DNA of 64,000 bases from Eledone cirrhosa. Its lineage: Eukaryota. Within the stretch, counting starts at the first letter, position 1. Each line of letters opens with the position of its first letter. The stretch is taken from contig OZ024740.1 of assembly GCA_964016885.1 (NCBI GenBank), positions 258,292,001 to 258,356,000 on the forward strand, in the 5' to 3' direction. A program made the position numbers and the translations under genes. The notes beneath the pieces were generated by a model. That model did not search any database. It was given only the letters and a program-made list of their open reading frames with translations, and had not been told where the DNA came from. Below, piece by piece: positions 50,652 through 62,779 of this stretch.

Positions 50652-51140
50652 CATACATACATACATACATACATACATACATACATACATACATACATAC
50701 ATACATACATACATACATACATACATACATACATACATACATACATACATTATAACCAATTCTATAAAATTCTAGTGAAGCCTGAGAGGTCCCGAGTCGA
50801 TTCCTGACTACACTTAATTTAATATTGCGTCAGTCCACTCAATTGAGAAATGTGTTGTTCATGTGATTCAAATGGTCAGCCACGTCACCAATTGTGTCAT
50901 GGTGAATGTCTCTGAGAATTAAGTTAAAGGTAAGCTTGTGTGTTTTGGTAGTATGCTCATCGACTTTCATCTTAATTTCACGAACAGTCTGTTCTGATGA
51001 TCAAACAAAAGGACGCCAAATCGTTGTAAGAAACGTAGGTCCAACACGCTATAACATTTCATTCTAATAACTATACTGATGTTTTATTGACCTCAGGTAA
51101 CACACATATATATATTTGATTATATATATATATATATCAC

Positions 51141-51330
51141 ATGAGAAACGTTCGTTTCTCTGGCGACCAGCTCGAGGCACGATCGATGCAGTGATCAAAC
51201 CTGACTCTGAAATCGCAAGATCCTCGGAAATGTCTCGATTCTACAAAGCATAACATACTGTGCTCTGTAAGAGCAACGAGTGCTCAAACGGCATACCGCT
51301 TACGGACGCTTTAAGCATCCCGCACCAATT
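51141..51330 (-). mobile_element. Second copy of the small hammerhead element (core mutated to CCGAGGA)
   Basis: The reverse complement aligns with 49638-49710 plus 49823-49916; TA repeats on both sides. Confidence 0.7.
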
Positions 51331-51340
51331 ATATATATAT

Positions 51341-51435
<95 letters not shown>

Positions 51436-51559
51436 CATATAGTTTAGGGATTGTAACGTCAACTTACTGTAGGTCCAACAGAATGATCACTCGATGCGTA
51501 GTCACCAGTTTTTGTCTTGGGGCTGTACTAAGCAGAGTGTAATAATAATAATAATTATA

Positions 51560-51680
51560 ATGGACGAGATATCGAATTTTTATTGCATTTATTGAGGTGT
51601 AATCCGCACCTTCAGCTGATCATTCGTGAAACGCACGTCACACCTCAACAAATGCATTGAGAATGTGTCACTTCGTCCAT
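51560..51680. repeat. ~120-bp imperfect inverted repeat (MITE-like)
   Basis: ATGGACGA/TCGTCCAT termini and TGCATTTATTGAGGTGT/ACACCTCAACAAATGCA inner arms. Confidence 0.65.
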
Positions 51681-51693
51681 ATCATTATCATTA

Positions 51694-51756
<63 letters not shown>

Positions 51757-52138
51757 TATATAGATGAATATATATAAATAAATATATGCGCGCGCGCGTG
51801 ATTGTGTGTGTGTGTACGGACACATATTTAGATATTTAGATATACATATGTATGTTTATCTACATCTATCTATTTGTCTATATATATATATATATATACA
51901 TATGTAGGTTAACAAATAGATGGATAAGTTAGATAACATATATGAGACTGACTTTCATTGGCAAACGCAAATACCTTTTATCATTTGATTTGATACTGTA
52001 AGTAATTCTTGTAGCCCTAAGGGAAAGCTTTAGTTTATTGTACTTTATACTGAGGCACAGATGAGTGGTGGTGAACGGTAATCTGTGGTGTTGTATGGGC
52101 CGCGTGCGGTGATATACTGACAGCTTAATTGGGGTGGA

Positions 52139-52170
<32 letters not shown>

Positions 52171-52196
52171 ATTATTATTATTATCATTATTCATTG

Positions 52197-52382
52197 TGGA
52201 TTGGCAGTATCGGTAGAGGGTCGGACGCCATGCTGTCCAGCATAGTTACGTGCCTTTACGATCTGAGTTCAAATCCCGCCGAGGTTGACTTTGCCTTTCA
52301 TCCTTACGAGGTCGATAAAATAAAGTACCAGTAATGCACTGGGTAATTGCTGGCCTTGTACCTAAAGTAGAAACAATTATAT

Positions 52383-52384
<2 letters not shown>
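52197..52384 (+). mobile_element. tRNA-derived SINE
   Basis: Consensus match, preceded and followed by ATT repeats. Confidence 0.9.
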
Positions 52385-52415
<31 letters not shown>

Positions 52416-52446
52416 ATCTATATTATATATATATATACACACACAG

Positions 52447-52482
<36 letters not shown>

Positions 52483-52630
52483 TCACCTCCCTTCCCACCC
52501 ATTATCTTACGTCTTTCTTTCTCTTCACATTCTCACTTTCACACTCTTTTGATCTTTATAAATACATATACATCTTTATAAACATATAAATATGAATATA
52601 TATGTATTTATATTTACACACACACACACT

Positions 52631-52678
<48 letters not shown>

Positions 52679-53369
52679 TGTGTGTGCATGTATGTATTTA
52701 CATATGCCTAACAGGGATATTATATGGAATGTTAGCAACATATCGCAGATAGCAGAGATATTTAGCCTGATATTGTCAAGAAGAGAGCGTAAATAACCGC
52801 TAGAACAACAACTAGAACAACAACGAAAATAACATTAACAACAACAACAGCATTAACGGTAACAACGCCAAACATTATAACAAGGCGGAGGCGAAGAATA
52901 GAGGAATCCGTGGACTAATACCAATGTTATTTTGTTATCCTTAACCACTTTTAACCTGGTTATGAAATAAGAGTTTAGACAAACATTGCTCTTATTACTA
53001 CCCCCACTTCACACCCATTCGCACAGACACACACACACACACACTCTCACACACATTCACATACACATATGGCCACATACACAAACTCACGTATATGTGT
53101 GTCTTTGTGTGTTTGTATTTATGTATAGACGCATTCATGTACGTGTTTTAATATATACTGTATTAGTGTACGTGTTTATGTGTTGATGTAGTTACGATCG
53201 AACATCGATACACTCTCACTTATCTATTGGATAATCATAGATATGAGAGTAGGATGGGGAAAATGGAAGTGCCAGCATTGGAGACGAGGTACTTTATCCA
53301 CTCCTGTATTGTGACAGGCAATGGACAGGAAAGGACTATATTATCATTAACAGAATAGAATATTTGATG

Positions 53370-54480
53370 GATATATTCAAAGGAGACAGTCTCTCTGTGA
53401 TGCGTTTTATACAGTCAGCATCCCCCTTGTCGTTTATACTGAGGAACAATGCGTTTGTTGTACCCGTACTAATACCAAAATTGAGTGGGGACAACAGTAA
53501 CATAGACTACCTCTGCTTAAACATAAATAGGGAGACAGCGTCTTAATATTGAACCAAACAGCTTTGGAATGACGCTGCATATCCGTTCACCAACCTGTAT
53601 TAACCAGCAAGTGTAGAAAACTATCATTGGAAAAAAGTCTGTCTAGAGGAGTGTTGGGAAGGAGTTTGCTGAGATAAACACTGAATGGTGACCCAAAACA
53701 CACACTCAGGGAAATAGCGCAGCATTACAGGGGAGAAAATTTTGTAAAAGTATCAGCAGAAAGTCATACATGGTTATGTTATCAGAAAACTTCAAATGGA
53801 GAGTAATTTAAATAACCAACAATGTCTATCTTGGACCAGCAACGGGTATTTTAGCTCTCATTTTGAAAGATATACGTCTGCAATCCAGGATGAGGAATTA
53901 ACAACACATTACCGTACAACACATTACCGTACAACACAGTACAAAAGCGATAGACATATACTTAAACAGCTAGATGTGACAACAAATGCAGGCTTTGAGG
54001 AATAAGCATCAAAGATGTAAATCATATAGTAAACAGATATTCGAAGATGTCATTATGATACTATCTATATATGAGGCATGATGTACTACCCAAAACAATA
54101 TTCAATGCTATCTGTAGAAAGGATTGACCTGAAAATAATAAAAAAATATTAAAATATACAATGGTGTAGAGGGTATATTTATACATAATATGAAAGAGCA
54201 CTGGTGGAATATTCCAGTCAAAACCCAAATGAAATATAAACATAACAGACCAGACATAGCAATGTAAGACACAAAAGACGGCATGCACAGTAGTGGAAAA
54301 CAGTTGCCCCGGAAATGTCAATATAATGCTAAAGTTTAGCGAAAGGGAGAACATTTATGCTGAACTAATGGAGAATCCGCAAATAGTCCATGCTTAATAT
54401 ACCTTTAGATTTGTACCTTGGATATATTACAAACTGCCTCATGACAAATCATGATAAGCTGGATTACTCAGAATCTGATA
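53370..54480 (+). mobile_element. Old, deleted R4/Dong-like remnant (third lineage)
   Basis: IFKGDSLS..PLSFIL, AIQDEELTT, RHD, WWNIPVKT..KHNRPDI, SCP..N..ERENIYAEL. Confidence 0.7.
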
Positions 54481-54775
54481 TAAAACGGATAATTAGGAAG
54501 TACAATTCAGAAATAGAAACGTACAAATATGTAAAGCATGTAAAATATTTAAAATATGTAATAACTGCTTATACACAGGGATACACAGGGAAACATAAGC
54601 TTATGTGCATATACACTACAAAACATACAGACCCACATATGCAATGATATCAATAGTTGTACACACAAACGCAAGAACGCACACCCACTTGCACAGACAG
54701 ACAGATAGACGTAATTACTTAGTTGTATAAAATGAAAGAGTCTTGTTAATCTGTTAGAAACCGGCTTCCTCTCCA

Positions 54776-54888
54776 ATAATTGTTTCTACTTTAGGCACAA
54801 TGCCAGCAATTATCCAGCACATTACTGGTACTTTATTTTATCGACCCCGTAAGGATGAAAGGCAAAGTTAACCTCGGCGGGATTTGAA
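54776..54888 (-). mobile_element. SINE 3' half
   Basis: Reverse complement of the consensus from box B to the tail. Confidence 0.87.
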
Positions 54889-55003
54889 CAATTAAAATAA
54901 TAAAACAAGAACATGAATGCCCTTGTTTATTCGCCAAAAGTATTTTTCCTTCCTTTCTCTTCTCAACCTCCATTTTTCTGTTTCAACTTTTATTTCAGGT
55001 TTT

Positions 55004-55037
55004 AAGCTCTGATGAAAGACCAGTGTCCGAAACGTTC
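55004..55037 (+). ncRNA. Hammerhead-like motif (3' strand of stem I absent)
   Basis: CTGATGA-AAGAC CAGT GTCC-GAAA-CGTT, immediately upstream of Penelope coding remnants. Confidence 0.5.
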
Positions 55038-55089
55038 ACATAATTTTTCTTACTATTTCAAGCGTTAAAAATAATACATTTCTGTTAAA

Positions 55090-57200
55090 GTTTGCATATA
55101 TAAGAAATGTAGGTCTTCCACTAATACTTTCGTCCTCTCTGACAAAACTAATAACATATACGAAGTCGATAATATTACATACATCCACTTGGCACGAAAC
55201 CCTATAACTTCTAAATATAAGAAGGCTGACCCCACGGCCTATCACGACATCAATACGGAAGCCAAGCACCTAGCTTCCACCCTTAAGGTAGATAAGAAAA
55301 TCCAATGCTTAGCTAAGCGTGAGGCCTTTCTCACCCTTAAAAATCACAAGGTAGACTTTGCTTCTAATCCCACTTGTAGACTGCTGAACTCGGCACGTAA
55401 AGAGATGAGGCTAGTCAGTAAGTATATACTTAGGAATATAGTGAAGACAATTAGGACTAACTCCAACCTGTCCCAGTGGTAGAACAGCGACTCTGTCATT
55501 AAGTGTCATTAACTCTTTCAGCTCCCAAAAAGCTAAATTCACTCATTTCGACATTTTGAATTTTTACTCGTCGATCTCAGTGATCCTGTTGAATAAAACG
55601 TTGGGCTTTGCCACCACTTACACCACCGTCAATGGTTTAGACCACCGTCACTTGATCATTGCTGGATAACCCGCCTGTTCAACAATGGAGTAGCCTTTTC
55701 AAAGAAGTCAACTACTTCAGAACTATTCGACGTATCAATGGGATCATTCGATAGTGCTGATATATGCGACTTGGTATGCTTATTTATTTTAGATACGTTG
55801 CGAACTAGATTCACAGACTTCCACACGGACTTATATCACGACGATGGTCTGGCCCTATCGAACCATAAAAATGGTCAGGACCTGGACCGTTTTAAAAAGG
55901 ATTTAATTGCTACTTTTGATGAGTTAGGACTTAGCATAACAGTAGCTATTAACCTTACTAGCGTAGATTACTTAGACATTAATTTAGATCTTCACACACA
56001 CACCTTTAGACCCTTTCATAAACTAAATGAAAAATTAAATTATATACACAAGGACTCATGTCACCCACCTACAGTTTTTAGAAACTTCGTGAAAAATATC
56101 GGCACTAGAATCTCTAACCTCTCCTCTAATAAAACAATATTTGACAGAGCGGCACCCTACTCCGGCTTTTCCCAACAAATTGCTTACCCCCTTACCAACG
56201 CCAACAACAATAGGAAAAGAAATCGTGCTAATAGAAAAATAATGTGGTTCTCCTCTTCTCACTCAACGTTAAAACTAATGTAGGTAAACGATCGCTTGCT
56301 CTCTTAGATAGACACTTCTCCATAGGTCATAAATACTACTCCATCTTTAACAGAAACAGGGTGAAACTAGGATACTCCTGCGCTAAGATTATGAAGATGT
56401 CACATCACCAACAACCCTAAAAGCAGAACCCTACCAGAATCTTGTCCCCTTTAACGACAATGTAACAAACCCGCTGTAATTTACGAAGCTGTGGTCACTT
56501 CTAACCGACCAAATCAACAACAAGGAGTCAAATACTATGTAGGTATGGCCAGAGGCCGGTTTAAGGAATGCTTCTTGAATCATCTGTCGACTTTCAGATA
56601 CCAGGACAAACGATCCTCCACGAAGCTCGTGAGCCACGTATGGTCCCTCAAGGACACAGTCGTGGATTCCTCCATGCAATGGAAAGGTATTACAAAGTCT
56701 AAGCCATACGGAAACGGGAATCGCTCTTGTGGGCTGTGCATTGATGAAAGAATCAATATCCTTAAAAGTTGGCATAATAGCGCTTGTCTAAATTCAAGGA
56801 ATTAACATTTTTTGCGTTGTCCGCACGCCTGGAAACACCTGTTACGTAATTCCAAAGCTCCAGACTGACTAACATGAACTATCTATAATTTTCTGGACTG
56901 AATAACATGAATAATTTATTTTCATTCTGAGTATCCACAGTTATTTCCCCCACACCCAGACGCACACCGATGCCACGTGGGTTACCTCCACCTTGGGAAT
57001 TGACTGTTTCTGCACATGCGTATTCGTACAATTGTTTTTCCCTTTCCGTACAATCTCATTTGAAACGAGCTGATGATCCGAATAAGGTGAAACAATTGTT
57101 CTCGGAGATGGTGAATTAACAGTTGTGGAACTATGTCTACCAAACTCGATCCATGGACTGAGTGTTCTCCTACCACGGATATAACCCACCAGTGTTCTAC
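55090..57200 (+). mobile_element. Degenerate Penelope-like retroelement (RT + C-terminal GIY-YIG)
   Basis: AFLTLKNHK.DF..NPTCRLLN, MGSFDSADICDLV, LYHDDGL, VDYLDINLDL, YIHKDSCHPP, VIYEAVV..YYVGMA, SCGLCIDE..LNSR..CPH. Ends near (TA)n. Confidence 0.88.
57066..57104 (+). ncRNA. Minimal type I hammerhead ribozyme in the Penelope 3' UTR
   Basis: CGAG-CTGATGA-TCC GAATAA GGT-GAAA-CAATTG-TT-CTCG: perfect stem I and palindromic stem III. Confidence 0.75.
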
Positions 57201-57540
57201 TTTATATATATATATATATATACATATATTATTAAAAGATCCGCCAAAATCAGTTGATTCAGGTTTATTTAAAACATATTTCACTGGGAATTATCAATTG
57301 TGGTAGCCTGAGCTCCTAAGAAGACAAAACCTATAAAAGAAAAATTAAAAACAATGAAAATTTCTTTTAAAATTCTTTAAATTTAAAAAAATCCAAAAGC
57401 TTTCACGAAAGAAATTTTCTTTACTTGATATAGGGGACAGCCGAGCGTAAGGTGCTGTTTCTTTGACCGCCGGCCCCTGTATAATGCGTGTGTGTATCTA
57501 TGTATGTATGTATATATGTATGTATGAATGTATGTATGTA

Positions 57541-57666
57541 TGTCCAAAGTCACCCCCCTCACGAAGAAACCTTGGTGGGGTTGCCAGTCTAGTCGCCAAC
57601 GACCCGACCATGAGACAGGTTGTACTGGAATACATGTTACCAGTAGCACCAACTGGTGACCTGAGA
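57541..57666 (-). mobile_element. 5' end of the short RTE derivative
   Basis: Matches 50568-50651 and extends it by about 45 nt. Confidence 0.75.
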
Positions 57667-57747
57667 TAAATATATACATACATATATATATATACATACA
57701 TACATATATACATACATATATACATATATACATACATACATATATGA

Positions 57748-58343
57748 TGGCTGCCAACTCGTTTTCGAGTACGGCCACTACTTTATATCCATGTAGGAGA
57801 ACCCCTACCGATGCGCTGAACGAGTGTGACCTTTTAGTCCAGCCAACGACTTGAAAACTCTGCTACAAACACAACACTTTTGACAATTATTGACACATAG
57901 TGCTGGGCGCATGGTACCATGTGACGACAAGTGCAGAGAGATCTCCAGATATAAAGCAATGTCAAGGCAGAATTCTAGGAGAAGGAAAACTCTGATATAA
58001 CACCTGCAACCCTGATGGTATCCGATGATGTTGACTTGTTCTTCTTTTTGGTAAATATCATCTTGTTTAATAGAGTGGGACTGGCTTTCTGCAGTACCTT
58101 TTCTCACTATAAAAGCTTCACAGCACAGGCATTGCTTTATATCTGGAGATCTCTCTGCACTTCCCGTCACATGATACCATGGGCCCAGCACTATGTGTCA
58201 ATAATTGTCACAGGTGTAGTGTTTGTACCAGAGTTTTCAAGTCGCTGGCCGGACTAAAAAGTAACACTCGTTCAGCGCATCGGTAGGGGTTCTCCTACAT
58301 GGATATAAAGTAGTGGCCGTACTAGAAAACGAGTTGGCAGCCA
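57748..58343. mobile_element. Tail-out palindrome of the short RTE derivative
   Basis: 57748-57961 is the reverse complement of 58130-58343; (CATA) on the left and (TATG) on the right. Confidence 0.85.
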
Positions 58344-58809
58344 CCATGAATGTATGTATGTATGTATGTTCAGCATCATCTGGTTTGCCAGCACAGTGAT
58401 CGAGTCTGCCAGAGCAAAGCTGATTTGATTAGACACGAACAATGTCATATCAGTAGACCTCATGCAGATTATGATCTGAAAAGGTGTCAGGAATGTGGCT
58501 AAGAAAATGAGTTGCAATAATTCGCTGACTTATTTTATAAACGTAGGCCAGGAACTCTGTCCAATTTGAAAGTTAAAATGTTAAAAGAAAAGTTTATATA
58601 AAATGTTTTAAGTTATATTTTTAAGGTTTTAAAATACTTTTAAAAAGTCTTTAAAGGTTTTTATGAAATATGCAAACCAGACGAGCGCTCAATGAACCAT
58701 CAGCACTCCACACACATACGATATATACATATTTACACACTATTGGATGGGCGTTGACTCTTATTAGTTCCTCCGCCATTTGTCAGGTTTTGTTTTTCGT
58801 TCCCCAGTG

Positions 58810-58935
58810 TGTCCAGAATCCCTTTCCTCACAAAGCAAACTTCCTGCGGTTGCCGGATTAGTCGCCGACGGTCCGACCATGTTACAGGTTGTACTGGGTT
58901 ATATGTTATCAGTAGCACACAAGAGTGACCTGACA
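58810..58935 (-). mobile_element. 5' end of a related RTE family
   Basis: Collinear but diverged relative to 57541-57666. Confidence 0.6.
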
Positions 58936-59479
58936 AAGAAAATCCATTAGGAGTGAAAGATCCCGAACTATTGTTACAGTATCTTTCTAAAAGAGGGAAA
59001 CTTTGAAATAAAACATGCAGTTGATGTGATTACTGGTCATCAGGCTTAGGCTTGTCACCAAACAATGATCACTGAAACTTAGAGAGTGATACTCGTGTAG
59101 TACAAGCGTTTGCCACTATAATACAATGATGTACTGATGTCACATCTGTGATCTTCTCATCTGTCAATTTTACAGCTGAAAGTCTTATGGCGATGGCGGA
59201 GTGATGACGTGTGCAGACCTGACCAGTTGGAAGCACTCAATTGCAAATCTACACATAGGCAGCAGGGGTATTATCATAACATGGTTATTGAATCTTCCTT
59301 TGACAGAGGCTAACTCCTGTGGAGACTACTGCGTCTCAGCAGCCTTATTAGAGAGATCACCGCTCACCCAGATTCTTGGGAAGGTACAAGAAAATGTGCA
59401 TTTAAAATTGCCTGTCACATCAACATTGTTTACTGCGGCTATTGGCTGTTCATTCAAGCTGGGAAAAGTGAAGGACTTA

Positions 59480-62400
59480 GCATTTATGAAACATCGAGTG
59501 AAACTCAATATTTGCTGCTGGCATGGATTCTTTTGGACCACAACTCATCAAACCGGCCACAAAGAAGAACAGAACTGGTAACAAAGGAACCCCAAACATT
59601 AAATGTAGATATAGCAGCCTTGTCAGAAACACGTCTTGCAGGGTGTGATCAGCTGCCTGAAACATCAACAAACTTTTCTGGACAGGAAAACCAAAAGGAG
59701 AACGGTGAGATGGTGGTGTAGGTTTTGCAGTGAAATATACTCTAGCACAAAATTTAGAATGCCCCTTTAGGATCAGTAATCGTATAAGGGAGATGCGCAT
59801 TCCACTTGCATGTGGGCGTTGTGCAACAATGTTGTCAGTTTATGCTCCAACTCGCCAGGCCAGTGAAGAAAGTATTAAGACGTTCTATGAATCTCTGCGT
59901 ATTGCAATTACATCTACTCCAGTTGAAGAAAAAGTGATAATTCTTGGTGATTTCAATGCCCGAGGTGGTGGAGATCGTGAGACATCGGATGTACGTGGCC
60001 ATTACGGCATCGGTAAGATGAATGTCAATGGTCTGAAGCTACTTGTGCCCTGTTCGGAACTCAACCTAACCATTTGCAATACATTCTTCCGCCAATAAAG
60101 AAGCATAAAGTTACTTGGATTCACCCAAGGTCAAAAGAGAGCCACATGATTGATCGCATAGTAACCCGGAGATGTAACTTGAATGATGTCTGTAACGTGC
60201 GTGTTATGCGTATTGCAGAATACAACACAGGCCATAAGATGGTTCGGGATAAATTTAAGTTATGTGTTCGTAAAAATACTCGTATGTGTGGGATCAAACA
60301 ACTGAACTGCATTGATGTTGGAAATCTAAAACAGCAAGAGGGACGCGAGGCTTTGAATAAACTTTTGGATAATATTGGCTTTGATGGAACTTGGATAAAC
60401 TTCAGGGATCAATTGTATACAGCAGGAGCAGAAGAACTTGCATTGAAGGAGAAAAATAATCATAAAGACTAGTTTGATGATAATAATCAGGTTCTCGACC
60501 AAATATTAAAGAACAAACATGCTCTTCATGAAAGTTTTTGGGAGAGTGAACTACGAATCTAATTGCTATTAAAAATAATATAAAGCCACCTTACAATGCG
60601 AGCTGAGATGGCTTAAAAATAAATAGTGGTTGAAGTTCTCTGAAATGTGCTTATAGCGTAAAGGATTCAAAACTGTTGTATAGTCTTTTGTGTGCAGTAT
60701 ATGGTCCATATGGTCCAACAACTTCGTGTATTGCTCCCATAATGTTTAATGACGACATTATAATCATCAAGGAATCCTTAAGCGTTAGCAATAATTCTTC
60801 AGTGATTTATTTGATAATCCATCGTCAGTTGATCATGATATGCTAGCTGGCATCCCCCAATATGTTGTAAATTTTAAAATGGATCGATTGCCTGATTGTA
60901 ATGAGGTTAAAATGGCCATCAACAAGTTAAACACAGGTAAGGCAGATGGAACAGATGGAATCCCTGTGGAAGTGTTAAAGGTTGGTAATAAGAATATAAC
61001 ACAAACAATACTCCATCTCATAAAATGGTGCTGGGCTGGAGCTCCTATACCACAGGATTGGGTAGATGGTATCTTGGTGACCTTGTTTAAAGGTAAAGGG
61101 GATAAAGGAATTTACGATCGCTACTGTGGCATCACTCTGTTGGAATCTGTGGACAAAATTCTTGCTAGATTATTGTTGAACAGATTGATGGAGGACATTT
61201 GTCCTACAGTCATTCCTGAATCACAAAATGGATTTAGATCTGGCAGAGGGACGATTGATATAATCTTCTCTGCAACGCAGATGCAGGAGAAATGAATTGA
61301 GCAGCGGGTTCTTCTGTATCAGGCTTTTGTGGATCTGGAAAATACTAGTGAAAATATGGTGCCCACCTAAGTTGATTGATATATTCGTCCGACGGCAGGG
61401 AAATATGAAGGCTCGGATTGTCTTGGGTGGAGAATTTTCTAATGAAATCCCAGTTGATAATGGAGGGAAGCAGGGATATGTCTCGGCTCCTACACTGTTT
61501 TCAATACTTTTTACTGTGATGCTGAGTAATGCAAAGGGTGTTCTATTGCAAGCGAGAAATACAGGAAGAATCTTTGACGCAAGAAAGGTCCATTTCAAGT
61601 CCAAGGTGCTCCAAATATTAGAGAACTCCTGTATGCAGACGATGTTGACTTTCTGGCTCACTCTCAAGATCACATGCAACACATCTTGGATTGCTTTGCA
61701 GATTCTTGTGATGCCTTTGGTATGAACATTAATCTGAAAAAGACTAAGTTAATGTTCACCCCATCACCAGGGGAAGCATATATTGAGCTAAATATAATGG
61801 TGCATGGAACTAGGTTGGGTTTATTTAACACATTAGTTTACCTATGCAGTGCATTGTCGAGGAATGGTTCGCTGGATGCAGAACTACACCTGCACATTCA
61901 GAAGGCCTATGTAGCCTTCGAAAAACCTAAAAAGAGAGTGTGGGAGGATAATGGCATCAGCTTCAATAGCAAGGCTTGCATAGTGAGTGCTCTGTTGCAC
62001 TCTTTGGAAACGTGGACAGTAGATCGTAGATATCTTAATTTGCTTGAACACTTCAAATGTGTTTAAGACGAATCCTAAACATCAAATGGCAACAAAAATT
62101 ACCTGAAAAACTAATCCTTATGCGTTGAGTAGGGCATGCTTTGCGCATGAATGAGGAAAGACTTTACAGTCAATTGCATTGAGAAACATCCTCAGCACAA
62201 ACCATGGAAAAGATATAAAGTTTGCATAAAAAACAAACTTAAGGATCTACAGTTTAAAGTTCAGAACTGGGAGGTGCTTGCTCTAAAGAGGGTTGAATGG
62301 AGAAGACATGTGAAAGGGGGCAGCAGTATGTTTGAAGAGAGACGTCTTGATCATGAAAAGCCTAAACGTTAGCTTCGAAAAAGCTACAGTTTGAAATTCA

Positions 62401-62737
62401 ATAAGAACATAAGGAGCTGTAGTTGAAAAGTGCATGGTCGTCTAGCCCGCTAAATCTGGGTACATCACTCATTTATATCACATGAAAATCCAACTGTATG
62501 CAACACTATCCCTCCAATAATAGGTAGTGGTGTACAAATACATGCGTGGTGTACAAAAACATCTGTAAATCAATTTCTAGACTTAAAAGGCACATGAGGG
62601 TACATAAGGATAACATCCCACAAATCTAACCCAATGAACCCATTAGTAGGCATAATTTTGTCTGTCACATTTGCTACAGACAATCCAAATCAGTAGCTGG
62701 ACGTAAAAGCCACCCAAGAGGCCATGAATGGACGTTA
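59480..62737 (+). mobile_element. Degenerate RTE-clade LINE (APE-RT, C-terminal C2H2 fingers)
   Basis: NRPQRRTELV, DIAALSETRL, SVYAPT, ILGDFNAR, KVTWIHPRSK, GKADGTDGIPVE, PESQNGFRSGRGTID, KQGYVSAPTLF, LYADD, followed by C2H2 remnants. Confidence 0.9.
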
Positions 62738-62779
62738 AGTCAGCTGTCGCATGACAGTGGTGCGGACGTTGATGGGAGG

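Noticed and set aside
50790-51050. Possible old interspersed repeat containing CTGATGA
   Set aside because: Too diverged to assign from this window, and no hammerhead stems.
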